A stretch of DNA of 64,000 nucleotides. It comes from an uncultured Lentisphaerales bacterium. GTDB lineage: Bacteria; Verrucomicrobiota; Lentisphaeria; JABSQK01; UBA12247. This document shows positions 32,221 through 42,122 of this stretch, in pieces; position 1 is the stretch's first letter, and each line of letters starts with the position of its first letter. The translations under genes were made by a program, and so were the position numbers. Location of the stretch: assembly GCA_943788985.1 (NCBI GenBank), contig CALSSJ010000043.1:1-64000 (forward strand). The letters are read 5' to 3'. The notes beneath the pieces are model-generated. The model saw only the letters and a program-made list of their open reading frames with translations. It was not told the origin of the DNA and made no database searches.

Positions 32221-33150
32221 CTATGCGAAGAGGTGGACGATGACAGCCATGGAACCCAGCGAGACCAAGGTACTGAGCATAACCGAAGTGGCCGCAAGAC
32301 TCTCGTCTGCACCCATTTGTTGCGCCATGACATACCCCGCGACCGCGGATGGCGCACCTAGAAACAGTAATGTCACAATCATTTCATGCTCACTCAGCCC
32401 GCAAGATCTGGCAATCAAAAATCCTACGAACGGCGTCAGCACGGACTTCACCATGGTCGCGGCGCAGGCAGGTAGCACGCGCCCCCGCAGCCCCATTTCA
32501 GCGATTACGCCCCCGATGCACAGCAACGCAGTTGGCAGCGAAAAAGCGCCCATCGCGCTCAGCGTACGAGAGAGCAATAGCCCCAGCGAGGCGTCCCCCC
32601 AACTCAAAGTCAGCCCAATTGCACAGCCGATCAGCAGCGGATTACTGAACACCTTTCTTAAAATCAACGGGATCGAGCGCACGCCGAGTTCATGACGGCC
32701 GATCAGCAAGACGATCACCGAAATCAAATTATAGAGCGGCACGACCACCCCTAGTACCAGCGCGCCAAGCGCCGCACGCTGGGCTGAGACATCTGCTGCT
32801 GCGCTGTAAATCACCACAGGCAGGGCTAGGAAGGCTAGGTTTCCACGGAACCCAGCCTGCAGGAATGCGCCCAATTCGGGCCCCTTCAACTTCAGCAGCA
32901 TGATGAACGGGCCGCAGAGCGCCAGCGACAGTAAAGCGCAGCCACCCACCACCGCACCCGCGCGCCCAGCCCCCGCAAAATCCGGCGGCGCCGCAGAAAT
33001 CTTTACGATTAGCAAGGCGGGCAAAGCAACCCAGTAGTTGATCCAGTTCAACCTTTGCACCATGTCCCCGCAGAGGCGGCCGCTCCGATGCAGCAGGGCA
33101 CCGGTCAGCATCAAAAGAAAGACCGGCCCTATCGCATTCAGTACAGTCAT
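32221..33150 (-). CDS. AEC (auxin efflux carrier) family transporter
   Basis: ALPALL, FRGNLAFLALP, NPLLIG, PTALLCIG, PSAVAGYVMA. Confidence 0.9.
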   Translation of the reverse strand: MTVLNAIGPVFLLMLTGALLHRSGRLCGDMVQRLNWINYWVALPALLIVKISAAPPDFAGAGRAGAVVGGCALLSLALCGPFIMLLKLKGPELGAFLQAGFRGNLAFLALPVVIYSAAADVSAQRAALGALVLGVVVPLYNLISVIVLLIGRHELGVRSIPLILRKVFSNPLLIGCAIGLTLSWGDASLGLLLSRTLSAMGAFSLPTALLCIGGVIAEMGLRGRVLPACAATMVKSVLTPFVGFLIARSCGLSEHEMIVTLLFLGAPSAVAGYVMAQQMGADESLAATSVMLSTLVSLGSMAVIVHLFA

Positions 33151-33362
33151 GTCGCGGATCATCGCGGGGTCAGGGAAAACGGGCACTTTACCGCGACGCG
33201 GCACAAGTTCCTCTCCAGCTCCTGGCGCCAGCCTTTCTTGGGTAGATTGCTCATTGGTTTTCGCATTCGGGAAAACCGCACTTGACAATTGCCTCGGAAC
33301 CCATTCTTATGCGGTGCTAGCTTGCCGCCCCGCGGCATCCATCCTTCCCCGGAGAATTGTTA

Positions 33363-33866
33363 ATGTCCAGTCCCCAAGTTGCGCTGCTCATGGGCAGCAA
33401 AAATGACCTACCAAAACTTCAGTCCTGTGTCGATGCACTCATTGAGTTCGACGTTCCACACACCGTGCGCGTAATGTCCGCACATCGCACCCCAGCAGAA
33501 GTGACCGAGTTCTCCAGCAATGCTCGCGACAACGGCCTGAAGGTGATTATCGCCGCGGCTGGCTGCGCCGCACATCTTGCAGGCGTGGTCGCCGCACACA
33601 CGACGCTTCCCGTGATCGGGATCCCGGTAGAAGGCGGCCCCTTCAAGGGAATGGACGCGCTGCTGGCAACCGTGCAGATGCCTGGTGGCGTGCCAGTGGT
33701 CAGTGTGGCAGTCGGCGGCGGCGGCCCGAAGAATGCGGCATTGACGGCGATTCGCATGCTGTCGATTGCCGATGCTGACCTCGCACGCAAGTTGGACGAG
33801 TTCAACCAGCGCCAGCATGACAAAGTAATGGCCGCAGACGGTGAACTTCAGGCTGAGCTCGGCTAA
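33363..33866 (+). CDS. purE: N5-CAIR mutase
   Basis: [35 protein letters not shown]. Confidence 0.97.
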   Translation: MSSPQVALLMGSKNDLPKLQSCVDALIEFDVPHTVRVMSAHRTPAEVTEFSSNARDNGLKVIIAAAGCAAHLAGVVAAHTTLPVIGIPVEGGPFKGMDALLATVQMPGGVPVVSVAVGGGGPKNAALTAIRMLSIADADLARKLDEFNQRQHDKVMAADGELQAELG

Positions 33867-33875
33867 CCCCAAATC

Positions 33876-34478
33876 ATGCAACGATTCGTTTGGCATGCAG
33901 ATACCGCGGCACACACTGCGGTAGAGATCGCGACGCTCCTCAAGGGCGGTGCGATCGGGGTGCTTCCTACGGAAACCGTCTACGGGCTGGTCTGCGCGCA
34001 TGGGCATGAAACTGCCCTAAGCCGCCTTTACGCAGCGAAAGGCCGCGGCCATGACCAGAAGTGCCAGATCCTGATCGGCACGCCTGCAGACGCCGAGGCC
34101 TTCTCGCTTCAAGCGCCCGGGCCAGTAGTCGCCATCGGCGAGGCATTCTGGCCTGGGCCCTTGACGCTGGTCTGTGACAGCGCGTACGGCACCGTCGGGC
34201 TGCGCTGTCCGGACCATTCGTTCGTGCAGGCGGTCATCGCCGAGCTAGGCACTCCGTTGGTCGCCACCAGCGCGAATCCGGCAGGTGTGTCGCCCACGGA
34301 GAGCCTCGCTGCGGAGTTCGCAGATCTGCCGGGCCTGGACTTCGTGGTGCGGAGTTCGCAACCCCTCACCCGTCGGGCCTCGACTGTGGCCAAACTGCAT
34401 GCCGGCGAGCTCACAATTCTGCGCGAGGGGGCCATCGCCCTCAACGCGCTGCAGAGGAGCCTGCTCCAGCATGGCTAA
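33876..34478 (+). CDS. tsaC: L-threonylcarbamoyladenylate synthase (Sua5/YrdC)
   Basis: PTETVYGL, KGR, FWPGPLT, GLRCP, TSAN, ILREG. Confidence 0.93.
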   Translation: MQRFVWHADTAAHTAVEIATLLKGGAIGVLPTETVYGLVCAHGHETALSRLYAAKGRGHDQKCQILIGTPADAEAFSLQAPGPVVAIGEAFWPGPLTLVCDSAYGTVGLRCPDHSFVQAVIAELGTPLVATSANPAGVSPTESLAAEFADLPGLDFVVRSSQPLTRRASTVAKLHAGELTILREGAIALNALQRSLLQHG

Positions 34479-35700
34479 GAAGCGAAATCTGTTGACAGCC
34501 GTCGAGATCGGCACCTCGACCTTGAAGGTGCTAGTTGCCGCCGAAGAGCCAGACGGCGGACTTGCCTACCTCACCCATCACCAGTTGCCCACCAATGGTG
34601 CGGTCATGAAAGGCGAAATCATCGACGGGCCGGCCGTGCGCGACTTGTTGGTCGAGGCATTTACCTCCTTGGAAGGCAAGTTCAAAGGATTCCCCGGCGT
34701 GGTCTGCCTGGCCCTGTCAGGGCAGCATATTGAGTGCCAGCCGGTCCACGCGACAGTCGCCTTGTACGGCGATTCCACCGTGCGGGAATCGCACAAGAAG
34801 GAGATCGACACCAAGCTGCGGCAGAACCGCCACATCGGCCGCACTGTGTTGTTCTGTGAGCCACACACCTACTACGTGGATGAAGCCCCTAAGCTTGAGC
34901 CTGTGGGCTTGGTTGGCGCGCGCGTTTCGGGCAGTGGTTTCATGGCCTCCGCCTCGGACAACGGCGTCCACACCCTCGATCACATGTTCAAAGAGACCTT
35001 GGGGGAGGAAGATGTCACCATCGCCTTCCCAGGGGTCGCTGCCTACAGCGGCCTCGATCCATCCCAGCACCTCGATGGCACACTGGTCGTAGACATCGGC
35101 GCTGGAGTGACGGAATTTGGCCTGTTCGTGGGCAATCAGTGCGTGCATTGTGGCTTGATTTGCGTGGGAGCGGACCACGTGGCCAACGATGTATCGGTCG
35201 GGTTGAACCTGACCATCGAGCGTGCGAGAGAGGCCGTCGAGCGCTACGGTGCCGCCGTGCAGAATAGCAGTACGCCCAATCGAAAGTTTCCGGTCTCCGT
35301 GGCTCCCAAGCAAAATAGAAATATTTCGGAGAGCGCTCTGAACACGATCATCGAGTGTCGTCTCCGAGAGACGCTCACGATCGTCCGAGACCATCTTGCC
35401 GAGAACGAAGACCTGGATCGCCTCCAGAGCATGGCTCTCTGCGGCGGTGGGGCAATGATTTCGGGCGTAGATGCGCTGGCCTCAGACATCTTCAAGTGCC
35501 ACGCGGTTCGCAGCATCCCCGAGGAGTTCTCCAACCTTGATGCAGCCATCAAATCGCCACGCTGGGTTACCGCAGCCGGAATGCTACGCTGGGGCCAGGC
35601 CGTCCTGCACCACAAGGACGATTCTCCAGGGGGCTTCGACATGTTCAAGACCGAGATTGTGAACATGCTCGGCATCATGAAGGACTCGTTGAGGATCTAG
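34471..35700 (+). CDS. ftsA: Cell division protein FtsA
   Basis: EIGTS, KGEIID, VVDIGAGVT, GADHVANDVSVGL, IIECRLRE, LCGGGA; start MAKKR at 34471. Confidence 0.85.
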   Translation: MAKKRNLLTAVEIGTSTLKVLVAAEEPDGGLAYLTHHQLPTNGAVMKGEIIDGPAVRDLLVEAFTSLEGKFKGFPGVVCLALSGQHIECQPVHATVALYGDSTVRESHKKEIDTKLRQNRHIGRTVLFCEPHTYYVDEAPKLEPVGLVGARVSGSGFMASASDNGVHTLDHMFKETLGEEDVTIAFPGVAAYSGLDPSQHLDGTLVVDIGAGVTEFGLFVGNQCVHCGLICVGADHVANDVSVGLNLTIERAREAVERYGAAVQNSSTPNRKFPVSVAPKQNRNISESALNTIIECRLRETLTIVRDHLAENEDLDRLQSMALCGGGAMISGVDALASDIFKCHAVRSIPEEFSNLDAAIKSPRWVTAAGMLRWGQAVLHHKDDSPGGFDMFKTEIVNMLGIMKDSLRI

Positions 35701-35938
35701 CCTCAATCATTCATGCAACGTCGACACCCGCCATGGGGTCTTGAATATCCAACAGCTAACAAGGAATATCCAATGTCCAAGTCCGGGAATACGTGCTCGA
35801 TGGTCTTCATTTGGCAATTGGAAATTGGCGCTTCGCTCCCGATCCATTTGGTCGGGCTCTGCCCTTCGGGCGGTCGTTGTTGGCTGTTGGATATTCCACC
35901 GCCTGTCATCCGGTACGGATCAAGAAGCCTGGGGCTAG
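35697..35938. mobile_element. CTAG-bounded composite inverted-repeat element with nested palindrome
   Basis: Left CTAGCCTCAATCATTCATGC resembles the 181-bp element TIR; right CAAGAAGCCTGGGGCTAG; internal 20-bp IR 35743-35762 / 35877-35896. Confidence 0.7.
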
Positions 35939-36023
35939 TCTGATCGGATCCCAATCCAAAAGCATTGGACGGAAAACAACCAGGCACCATGTTCTCGCTG
36001 GCTCCGCCTGCGGATTGGTGGCT

Positions 36024-38156
36024 ATGCTGCCACTACTGCGCCTGCTCAGGCCAGGCTTCTATCCGACCGAATTGGACATCCTCCAATATGTGATGCCACT
36101 CCGGGCCGTGGCCCAGGCTGGTCTGGCTGGCGGCTTCTTCCCGCTGTGGGATAGCTACGCGCAATGTGGCCAGGCACTGGTCGGATCGCCAGTATCGGCC
36201 TTATTCTATCCGTTTTTCTGGCTCAGCCTGTGGGGAACATGGGGCGGATTCTACGCCTACGTGCTGGGCCATTACTTTCTCCTAGGAGCTGGCGGCTACG
36301 CATTTCTCGCGGGTGGCTTGCGAGTCGGGATCTGGCCAGCCATTGGCGGTGCACTGGTCATCGCCAGCGGTGGCTATATGTCCAGTATGTTCTTCTCGAT
36401 TCACTTCACTACTACCGGCTGGCTGCTGGTCACCATGTGGCTGTGGTTGAGCGCGCTACGCGGTCGACGCGGATACGCTCTGGCTGCAGGCATCGCGCTC
36501 TCCTTGGCCTTTACCTCTGGGTTTCTCCAGGAAGTCATCACCGCCTTGGTGGGCCTGCTGCTATTCACCGCACTCTGGGCTTGGCGCGGCCGCCCCCGCC
36601 TGCGGCTGTCCTGCGCAGTTCGCACAGTCGCCACAGCGGGCGTCACCTCCTTCATTCTTTGCGCCGCGCCGCTCTGGTACCTGATCCGATCGCACGGCGA
36701 CTCAGGACGTGCCGGAGGGCTGCAACTGGCAGAGGCGCTCGCCTGGTCCGCACATCCAATCCGCGTGCTGGAACTGGCGATCCCGTATCTCTGGGGCATC
36801 CCGACACCGGGCCATCACAACGTAGCCCAAGCTATTTTGAGCAGCCTGGGTGAGCATCATTCGGTCGAATGGGCACCGGCAATCTTTCTGGGTGCCCTGT
36901 TCTTTGCCCTGGTTTTCCTGCCAGTTCGGCAGGCACGGCGCGGGCTTCATCAGGCCACATGGCTGGCACTCGTCTTCTGTCTGTTGCTGGCATTCGGAAA
37001 ATACACGCTGGTGCTCCCGCTGCTGCTGGAAACCGCTCCTGCGTTCGGCATCTTTCGCTACCCGCAAAAGTGGCTGCTGTGGGTAACTGTGCTGGCGGGC
37101 GTACTCACCGCGCTGAAACTCGAGCGTGTCGGCCGTGGTGCCCAGCCCCGTCGCCTCGCGCTGCGCGTAGCCGCAAGTAGCGGCTTGCTCGGGCTGCTAG
37201 CACTGGCAGGGGCTATGGCGCAGAAGGTAGCGGGATTGCCTGCGGAAATTGCCACGCGCAACGCCTGGACCGGAGTCGCCTCTTTACTGCTTAGCGTTGG
37301 CGTGATCCTAGCTTGTAAGCGGCTCCCGGCTGCCAAGGCTGTAGCGGTTCTGGTCCTATTCGGGGGGTGCGATCTCGCGCGCAGCGCTTGGTTGCGACCA
37401 GTCACCAACCGCTGCGCAGACCCGCTGGTGTTGCAGAATTCACAACTCGGGACTTGGTTGGATGCACACATGGACAAGCAGCAAGACCGCTTCCATCTGC
37501 AGACCGCCCGCTCCCCGGCGGTCCCACATAAGAATCAACACGCTGCCTTTCTGACGCTGATCACAGGATCCATGAAAGGCGCGGTCCCAGCCTGCTGGAA
37601 GATCCGCACGACAGGCGGCTTACACCCCAACCAGAGCGCGCGCTGGGCCCGGCTGTCTGGGACTCTTACCGCCCATGAGCTAGAAACACGACTGTGGACG
37701 GTCGCCAGCTGTCGTTATCTTCTGGACGAAATGTGCGACGGAATGCCTTGGACGGATCCGGTCAGAATGGTGGGGCTACGCGAAGTGGCACAAGCGCTTC
37801 CGCGCATTCGCCTCGTAGGCCATTGGACGACGGCACCGAACGATACGGTAGCGGCTGCCTACATGGTTCAAAAACCCGAATTCTATTGGCAACAGAGCGT
37901 CGTGGCTGAGATGCACACCGAGTGTACTGCCACGGCCCGGGGCACGCTTGAAATCCTCGAGGAGCGTTCAGGACTGCTACGCTGTCAGGTACAGGCTGAA
38001 GGCCCCATGATCCTGCATTTGGGCGACTGCTACGCGACAGGCTGGCGGGCGCGGATCGACGACGAGGAAACCGCGGTATTCCCGGTGAATCTTGCTTTTA
38101 TCGGGGTCCTGGTACCCGCCGGCGTACACGAAGTCGAGCTACGCTATGGATGGTAA
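36024..38156 (+). CDS. YfhO-like polytopic membrane protein (GT-C-like); start uncertain
   Basis: FPLW...G..LVG....LFYP, FRYPQKW, C-terminal GWRARID...V.VPAG.H.VELRY. Confidence 0.8.
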   Translation: MLPLLRLLRPGFYPTELDILQYVMPLRAVAQAGLAGGFFPLWDSYAQCGQALVGSPVSALFYPFFWLSLWGTWGGFYAYVLGHYFLLGAGGYAFLAGGLRVGIWPAIGGALVIASGGYMSSMFFSIHFTTTGWLLVTMWLWLSALRGRRGYALAAGIALSLAFTSGFLQEVITALVGLLLFTALWAWRGRPRLRLSCAVRTVATAGVTSFILCAAPLWYLIRSHGDSGRAGGLQLAEALAWSAHPIRVLELAIPYLWGIPTPGHHNVAQAILSSLGEHHSVEWAPAIFLGALFFALVFLPVRQARRGLHQATWLALVFCLLLAFGKYTLVLPLLLETAPAFGIFRYPQKWLLWVTVLAGVLTALKLERVGRGAQPRRLALRVAASSGLLGLLALAGAMAQKVAGLPAEIATRNAWTGVASLLLSVGVILACKRLPAAKAVAVLVLFGGCDLARSAWLRPVTNRCADPLVLQNSQLGTWLDAHMDKQQDRFHLQTARSPAVPHKNQHAAFLTLITGSMKGAVPACWKIRTTGGLHPNQSARWARLSGTLTAHELETRLWTVASCRYLLDEMCDGMPWTDPVRMVGLREVAQALPRIRLVGHWTTAPNDTVAAAYMVQKPEFYWQQSVVAEMHTECTATARGTLEILEERSGLLRCQVQAEGPMILHLGDCYATGWRARIDDEETAVFPVNLAFIGVLVPAGVHEVELRYGW

Positions 38157-38268
38157 GCGCCAAGATAGTGAATATCGGCGAGTTGTGGAACAGTGGCTCC
38201 CGCGTAGTGTAGGAACAAAAGGTACAGCGCAGGCAACTGCGATGACTAGAAAAGACGAAAGGAATCTT

Positions 38269-40725
38269 ATGACTGGCATGATGACACGTTGGATGAGATT
38301 GGTGGCTTTGTTGGTGGTTAGTGCCTCCTCCCAGGCGGAGAATCCGCGCCCATCGGGCGGGGACCGGCAGATCGCGCGCGTAGTCGCAACCACGCTGCCG
38401 GTGCGACATCTCACCCGAATCAAGCTGGACGATCAGCTTTCCCCAAAGGTCTATGACAAATATCTGTTGACCCTCGACAGCAACCGCAATTACCTGCTGC
38501 AGTCAGATATCGACGAGTTTCGCCGCCATGAAGTCATGCTCGATGACTACCTGCGCAGCGGCCAGATTGACATCGCCTTTCACATCTTCGGCCGCTTCAT
38601 GGATCGGGTCCGTGATCGCGTTGACTTCATCGAGAAAACCTTGGCAGGAGCAGATTCCTTCAGCTTCAACGAAGACACCCGCATTCTACTGGATCGCAGT
38701 GAGTCAGACTGGTTCACCCAAGAGGAAGACCTCGATCAGTTCTGGCGCGACCGGATGAAGCACGAAGTGCTGAACGAGATCCTCGCCGCGGAACGCAAGG
38801 CCGAAGTCCAAGCCAAACTCGAAGCAGAAAAGCTCAAGAAGAAGCAGGAAAAGGCCGACGGCGACGAGCCAGAAGAGAAAGCTGCAGAAGCCGAGGATAC
38901 GGCAGAAACTGAAGCAGAGGACGTAGTGGAGGCAGCTCCTAGTGCCGCTGAGGCCGAGGACCAGCCCAAAGAGGACGCGGGCAAAGACGAAGAAGACGAA
39001 GAGCCTAAGACACCAGCAGAAATCGTACTAAAACGCTACGAAGATCACCTCCACCGCGTCGAGCAATACGACGCCAGCGACGTACTTGAAATGTTTCTGA
39101 GTGCCCTGGCTAGAACGTTCGATCCCCACTCCTCGTATCAAGGGCCTATCAACCAGGACAACTTCAACATCCAAATGAGCCTCAAGCTGCAAGGCATCGG
39201 GGCCCGCCTGCGGACTGAAGACTCGTATGTAAAAGTCGTGGACCTGATTCCCGGTGGCCCCGCCAAGCGAGACGGCCGTCTCGAAGCCAGTGACATGATC
39301 ATCGGCGTCGCGCAGACGCCGGACGAAGAGCCGGTCAACACCATCGACATGCCCCTGCGCCGGGTCGTGCAGATGATCCGCGGCGAGAAGGACAAAACCG
39401 TCTACTTGACTGTGCTTAAGGGCGAAGACGGTATCGGCGGCACGCCCGTAGTGATCGATATCGTGCGCGAGGTCGTCCAGCTCCAGGACAACGCCGCAAA
39501 ATCGCGCATCTTTCGCATTTCTCTCGACGAAAAACAAGATGCCCCTACCCTTCCCCTCGCAATTTACCCAGAGGAAAAAGGTGATGAAGGTGATGAAGAA
39601 GATGAAGAAGAGGAAAAAGATGAGGAAGATGAGGAAGATGAGGAAGAAGACGAACTCACCATCGAGCTAAATCCCGGCGAAAAGCAGGCCCATCATCGCG
39701 AGGTCGCCGTCATTCACCTGCCTTCCTTCTACTTGGACTTTGCCGGTCGGCGCGAGAACAAGCCCGACTACCGGAACTGTAGCCGGGACATCGCGGAACT
39801 GATGAATGGCGCACTAAAGGACCACCAAGCTGGCGGGATCATCTTGGATTTTCGCGGCAACGGCGGCGGCAGCTTGGATGCGGCCATCGAGATTGCCGGC
39901 TTCTTTTTCGGCCGAGGCCCGGTCGTCCAGGTCGTGCAATTGCACGGCACCAAGACCCACACCGTCGTGCACGCAGATCGTGACCCAGGAACCAAATACA
40001 ACGGCCCACTGATGGTGCTGGTGGACCACAGCAGTGCCTCAGCCAGCGAGATCGTCGCCGCCTGTCTGCAGGACTATGGCCGAGCCGTAGTCCTCGGCGA
40101 AAGCATGACTCATGGCAAGGGCACTGTTCAGAACGTACAGGCGCTGGACCGCATCATTTCCAATAAGAAACTTCTCGGCGACCAGAAACCGGGCTCGATC
40201 AAGTACACCGTCGCAAAGTTCTACCGCGTAAACGGTGGCTCGACCCAAAGGCGCGGCGTGACGCCAGACATCATCTGGCCGTCTCATCGGGACCACCTTG
40301 ATCTGGGCGAATCAAGCCTCGAAGGCGCCTTGCCATGGGATGAGATCAAGCCACAGCAATTTCGCTCACCGGTCGTCATCACTGATCTGATCCCTGAACT
40401 GCAGGGCCGCAGCTGGGAGCGCCTGCAGAAGGATGATCGCTACACCGCATTGGTAGACTACGTCGCCGAGTATGGCAAGATGCGCGAAGAGAAGACCGTC
40501 TCACTCAGTAAGGAAGTACGCGAAGGACGGCGCACCGACGAACGCGAGGGCCGTGAAGCAGCCAAAGAGAAAATGTACCCAGAAGAGGCCAAAGGCCGCC
40601 AGAAAGACCTCATGCTGGACGAAGCCCTTCGCCTGATGGCCGACCTGATCGAGCTCACCGAGGCACGCGAAAGAACAGCTGCCGGTGCCGCGAGCACAGG
40701 GGCCCAAGGCGTTGCCACGCCATGA
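38269..40725 (+). CDS. prc: Carboxyl-terminal processing (tail-specific) protease, S41
   Basis: DPHSSY, PDZ GIGARL, DFRGNGGGSL, SASASE, GKGTVQ, KFYRVNGGSTQ, LPWD. Confidence 0.94.
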   Translation: MTGMMTRWMRLVALLVVSASSQAENPRPSGGDRQIARVVATTLPVRHLTRIKLDDQLSPKVYDKYLLTLDSNRNYLLQSDIDEFRRHEVMLDDYLRSGQIDIAFHIFGRFMDRVRDRVDFIEKTLAGADSFSFNEDTRILLDRSESDWFTQEEDLDQFWRDRMKHEVLNEILAAERKAEVQAKLEAEKLKKKQEKADGDEPEEKAAEAEDTAETEAEDVVEAAPSAAEAEDQPKEDAGKDEEDEEPKTPAEIVLKRYEDHLHRVEQYDASDVLEMFLSALARTFDPHSSYQGPINQDNFNIQMSLKLQGIGARLRTEDSYVKVVDLIPGGPAKRDGRLEASDMIIGVAQTPDEEPVNTIDMPLRRVVQMIRGEKDKTVYLTVLKGEDGIGGTPVVIDIVREVVQLQDNAAKSRIFRISLDEKQDAPTLPLAIYPEEKGDEGDEEDEEEEKDEEDEEDEEEDELTIELNPGEKQAHHREVAVIHLPSFYLDFAGRRENKPDYRNCSRDIAELMNGALKDHQAGGIILDFRGNGGGSLDAAIEIAGFFFGRGPVVQVVQLHGTKTHTVVHADRDPGTKYNGPLMVLVDHSSASASEIVAACLQDYGRAVVLGESMTHGKGTVQNVQALDRIISNKKLLGDQKPGSIKYTVAKFYRVNGGSTQRRGVTPDIIWPSHRDHLDLGESSLEGALPWDEIKPQQFRSPVVITDLIPELQGRSWERLQKDDRYTALVDYVAEYGKMREEKTVSLSKEVREGRRTDEREGREAAKEKMYPEEAKGRQKDLMLDEALRLMADLIELTEARERTAAGAASTGAQGVATP

Positions 40726-41873
40726 GCGAAATCTCGGAGGACTTCGACGAGGAGACCGCTGACCGGGAAGACGAACGGCCTGTACAGGAAGCCACCAAGG
40801 GCATCAGGACATTCCCCTGCTCCTCGTGCGCGGCGCCGCTGGAATTCGACGCCAGTCAGGCCGCGCTTAGCTGCCCCTATTGCGGGTCTTTAGAGACCAT
40901 TCCTGCCGAACAAAACGTCCAGGAGCTGTCCTACCAGGCGTACTTCGACCAAGCAGAAAGCGCGGTTGCCCGCGAGTGCCTTACCAGCGTCTGCAACGGC
41001 TGCGGTGCGGCCACCACGCATGGCTTAAACGTCGTCGCGGCCGAATGCGCCTACTGCGGTGCCCCCGTGGTCCTGTCCGAAAAGAGCGAGCGCAGAATCC
41101 GCCCGCGGGCGCTGCTTCCCTTTAGCATCGAGGAGCCCGCTGCCCGCGACGGGTTTCGCAGTTGGATCAACAGCCGCTGGTTTGCCCCCAATGCCCTCAA
41201 GTCCCGCGCCCGCGAAGGCCGTATCCAGGGTGTCTACGTGCCCTATTGGACCTATGACAGCGATACCGAGAGCGATTACACCGGAAAGCGTGGCGAAGAC
41301 TACTGGGACACGCAGCACTACACCACCAGAGTAAATGGCAAGACCCAGCACCGCACCCGGCGAGTCCGTAAAACACGCTGGTACTCCGCGCGTGGCACCG
41401 TGCGCGTAGACTTCGATGACATCCTTATCCTTGCCGCGCGCTCCTTGCAGCGCAAATATTATGACAATCTAGAGCCGTGGGATCTCGCCAATCTTGTCGA
41501 CTACGACGACCGCTACCTCAGCGGATTTCAAGCAGAAAGCTACGCCGTTTCCTTGCCTGCGGGTTTCGAAGAGGCCAAGAGTGAGATGACCGCCCCCATC
41601 CAAGCCGCGGTCCGTCGCGACATCGGCGGCGATCGCCAGCGAATCTACAGCGTCGACACGGCCCACCACCAGGTCACTTTCAAGCACATCCTGTTGCCCG
41701 TCTGGCTCAGTTCCTACCGCTACAAGGACAGGCTCTACCATGTCCTGATCAACGCCCGCACCGGCGAAGTCCAAGGCGAGCGCCCTTGGAGCACCTGGAA
41801 AATCACCTTCCTCGTCCTGGCGGTTCTAGCAGTCATCGCGGTGATCGCGCTCCTGAACAGCGCCGGGCGATGA
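40722..41873 (+). CDS. Zinc-ribbon membrane-anchored conserved protein
   Basis: Four CxxC motifs, GVYVPYWTYD, YLSGFQAE, FKHILLPVW, INARTGEVQGERP, C-terminal TM. Confidence 0.8.
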   Translation: MSEISEDFDEETADREDERPVQEATKGIRTFPCSSCAAPLEFDASQAALSCPYCGSLETIPAEQNVQELSYQAYFDQAESAVARECLTSVCNGCGAATTHGLNVVAAECAYCGAPVVLSEKSERRIRPRALLPFSIEEPAARDGFRSWINSRWFAPNALKSRAREGRIQGVYVPYWTYDSDTESDYTGKRGEDYWDTQHYTTRVNGKTQHRTRRVRKTRWYSARGTVRVDFDDILILAARSLQRKYYDNLEPWDLANLVDYDDRYLSGFQAESYAVSLPAGFEEAKSEMTAPIQAAVRRDIGGDRQRIYSVDTAHHQVTFKHILLPVWLSSYRYKDRLYHVLINARTGEVQGERPWSTWKITFLVLAVLAVIAVIALLNSAGR

Positions 41874-42011
41874 CGCCTGCTGGGACCGCGGGCGGCTCGC
41901 CTGCTTATTATCTGCGCATCGTGGAGCGAGCGGGCTGCCCGCACATTCCAGTACATTCCAGTAGAAAGCTGGCTTCAATGGCCAGCATCGCCGCCTCACT
42001 GAAAGGCCCAA

Positions 42012-42061
42012 AAAATCGATTTGAGGCGACTGCTGTCGATGGGAGTCGACTCGAGTCGATC
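42012..42061. repeat. 50-bp TCGA-rich nested palindrome, copy 2
   Basis: 44/50 identical to 271-320. Confidence 0.85.
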
Positions 42062-42122
42062 CTTTGAAGACGTGCCGGCCTCAGCCCCTATCCAGCGTTC
42101 TCAATTAAGCGCAGGTCCTCTA

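Noticed and set aside
33282..33311. Sigma70 promoter for purE (TTGACA)
   Set aside because: There is no convincing -10 hexamer at the proper spacing.
42030..42060. attR duplication of the tRNA-Leu 3' end
   Set aside because: Only GACTCGA matches, which the palindromic repeat explains; no integrase is present.
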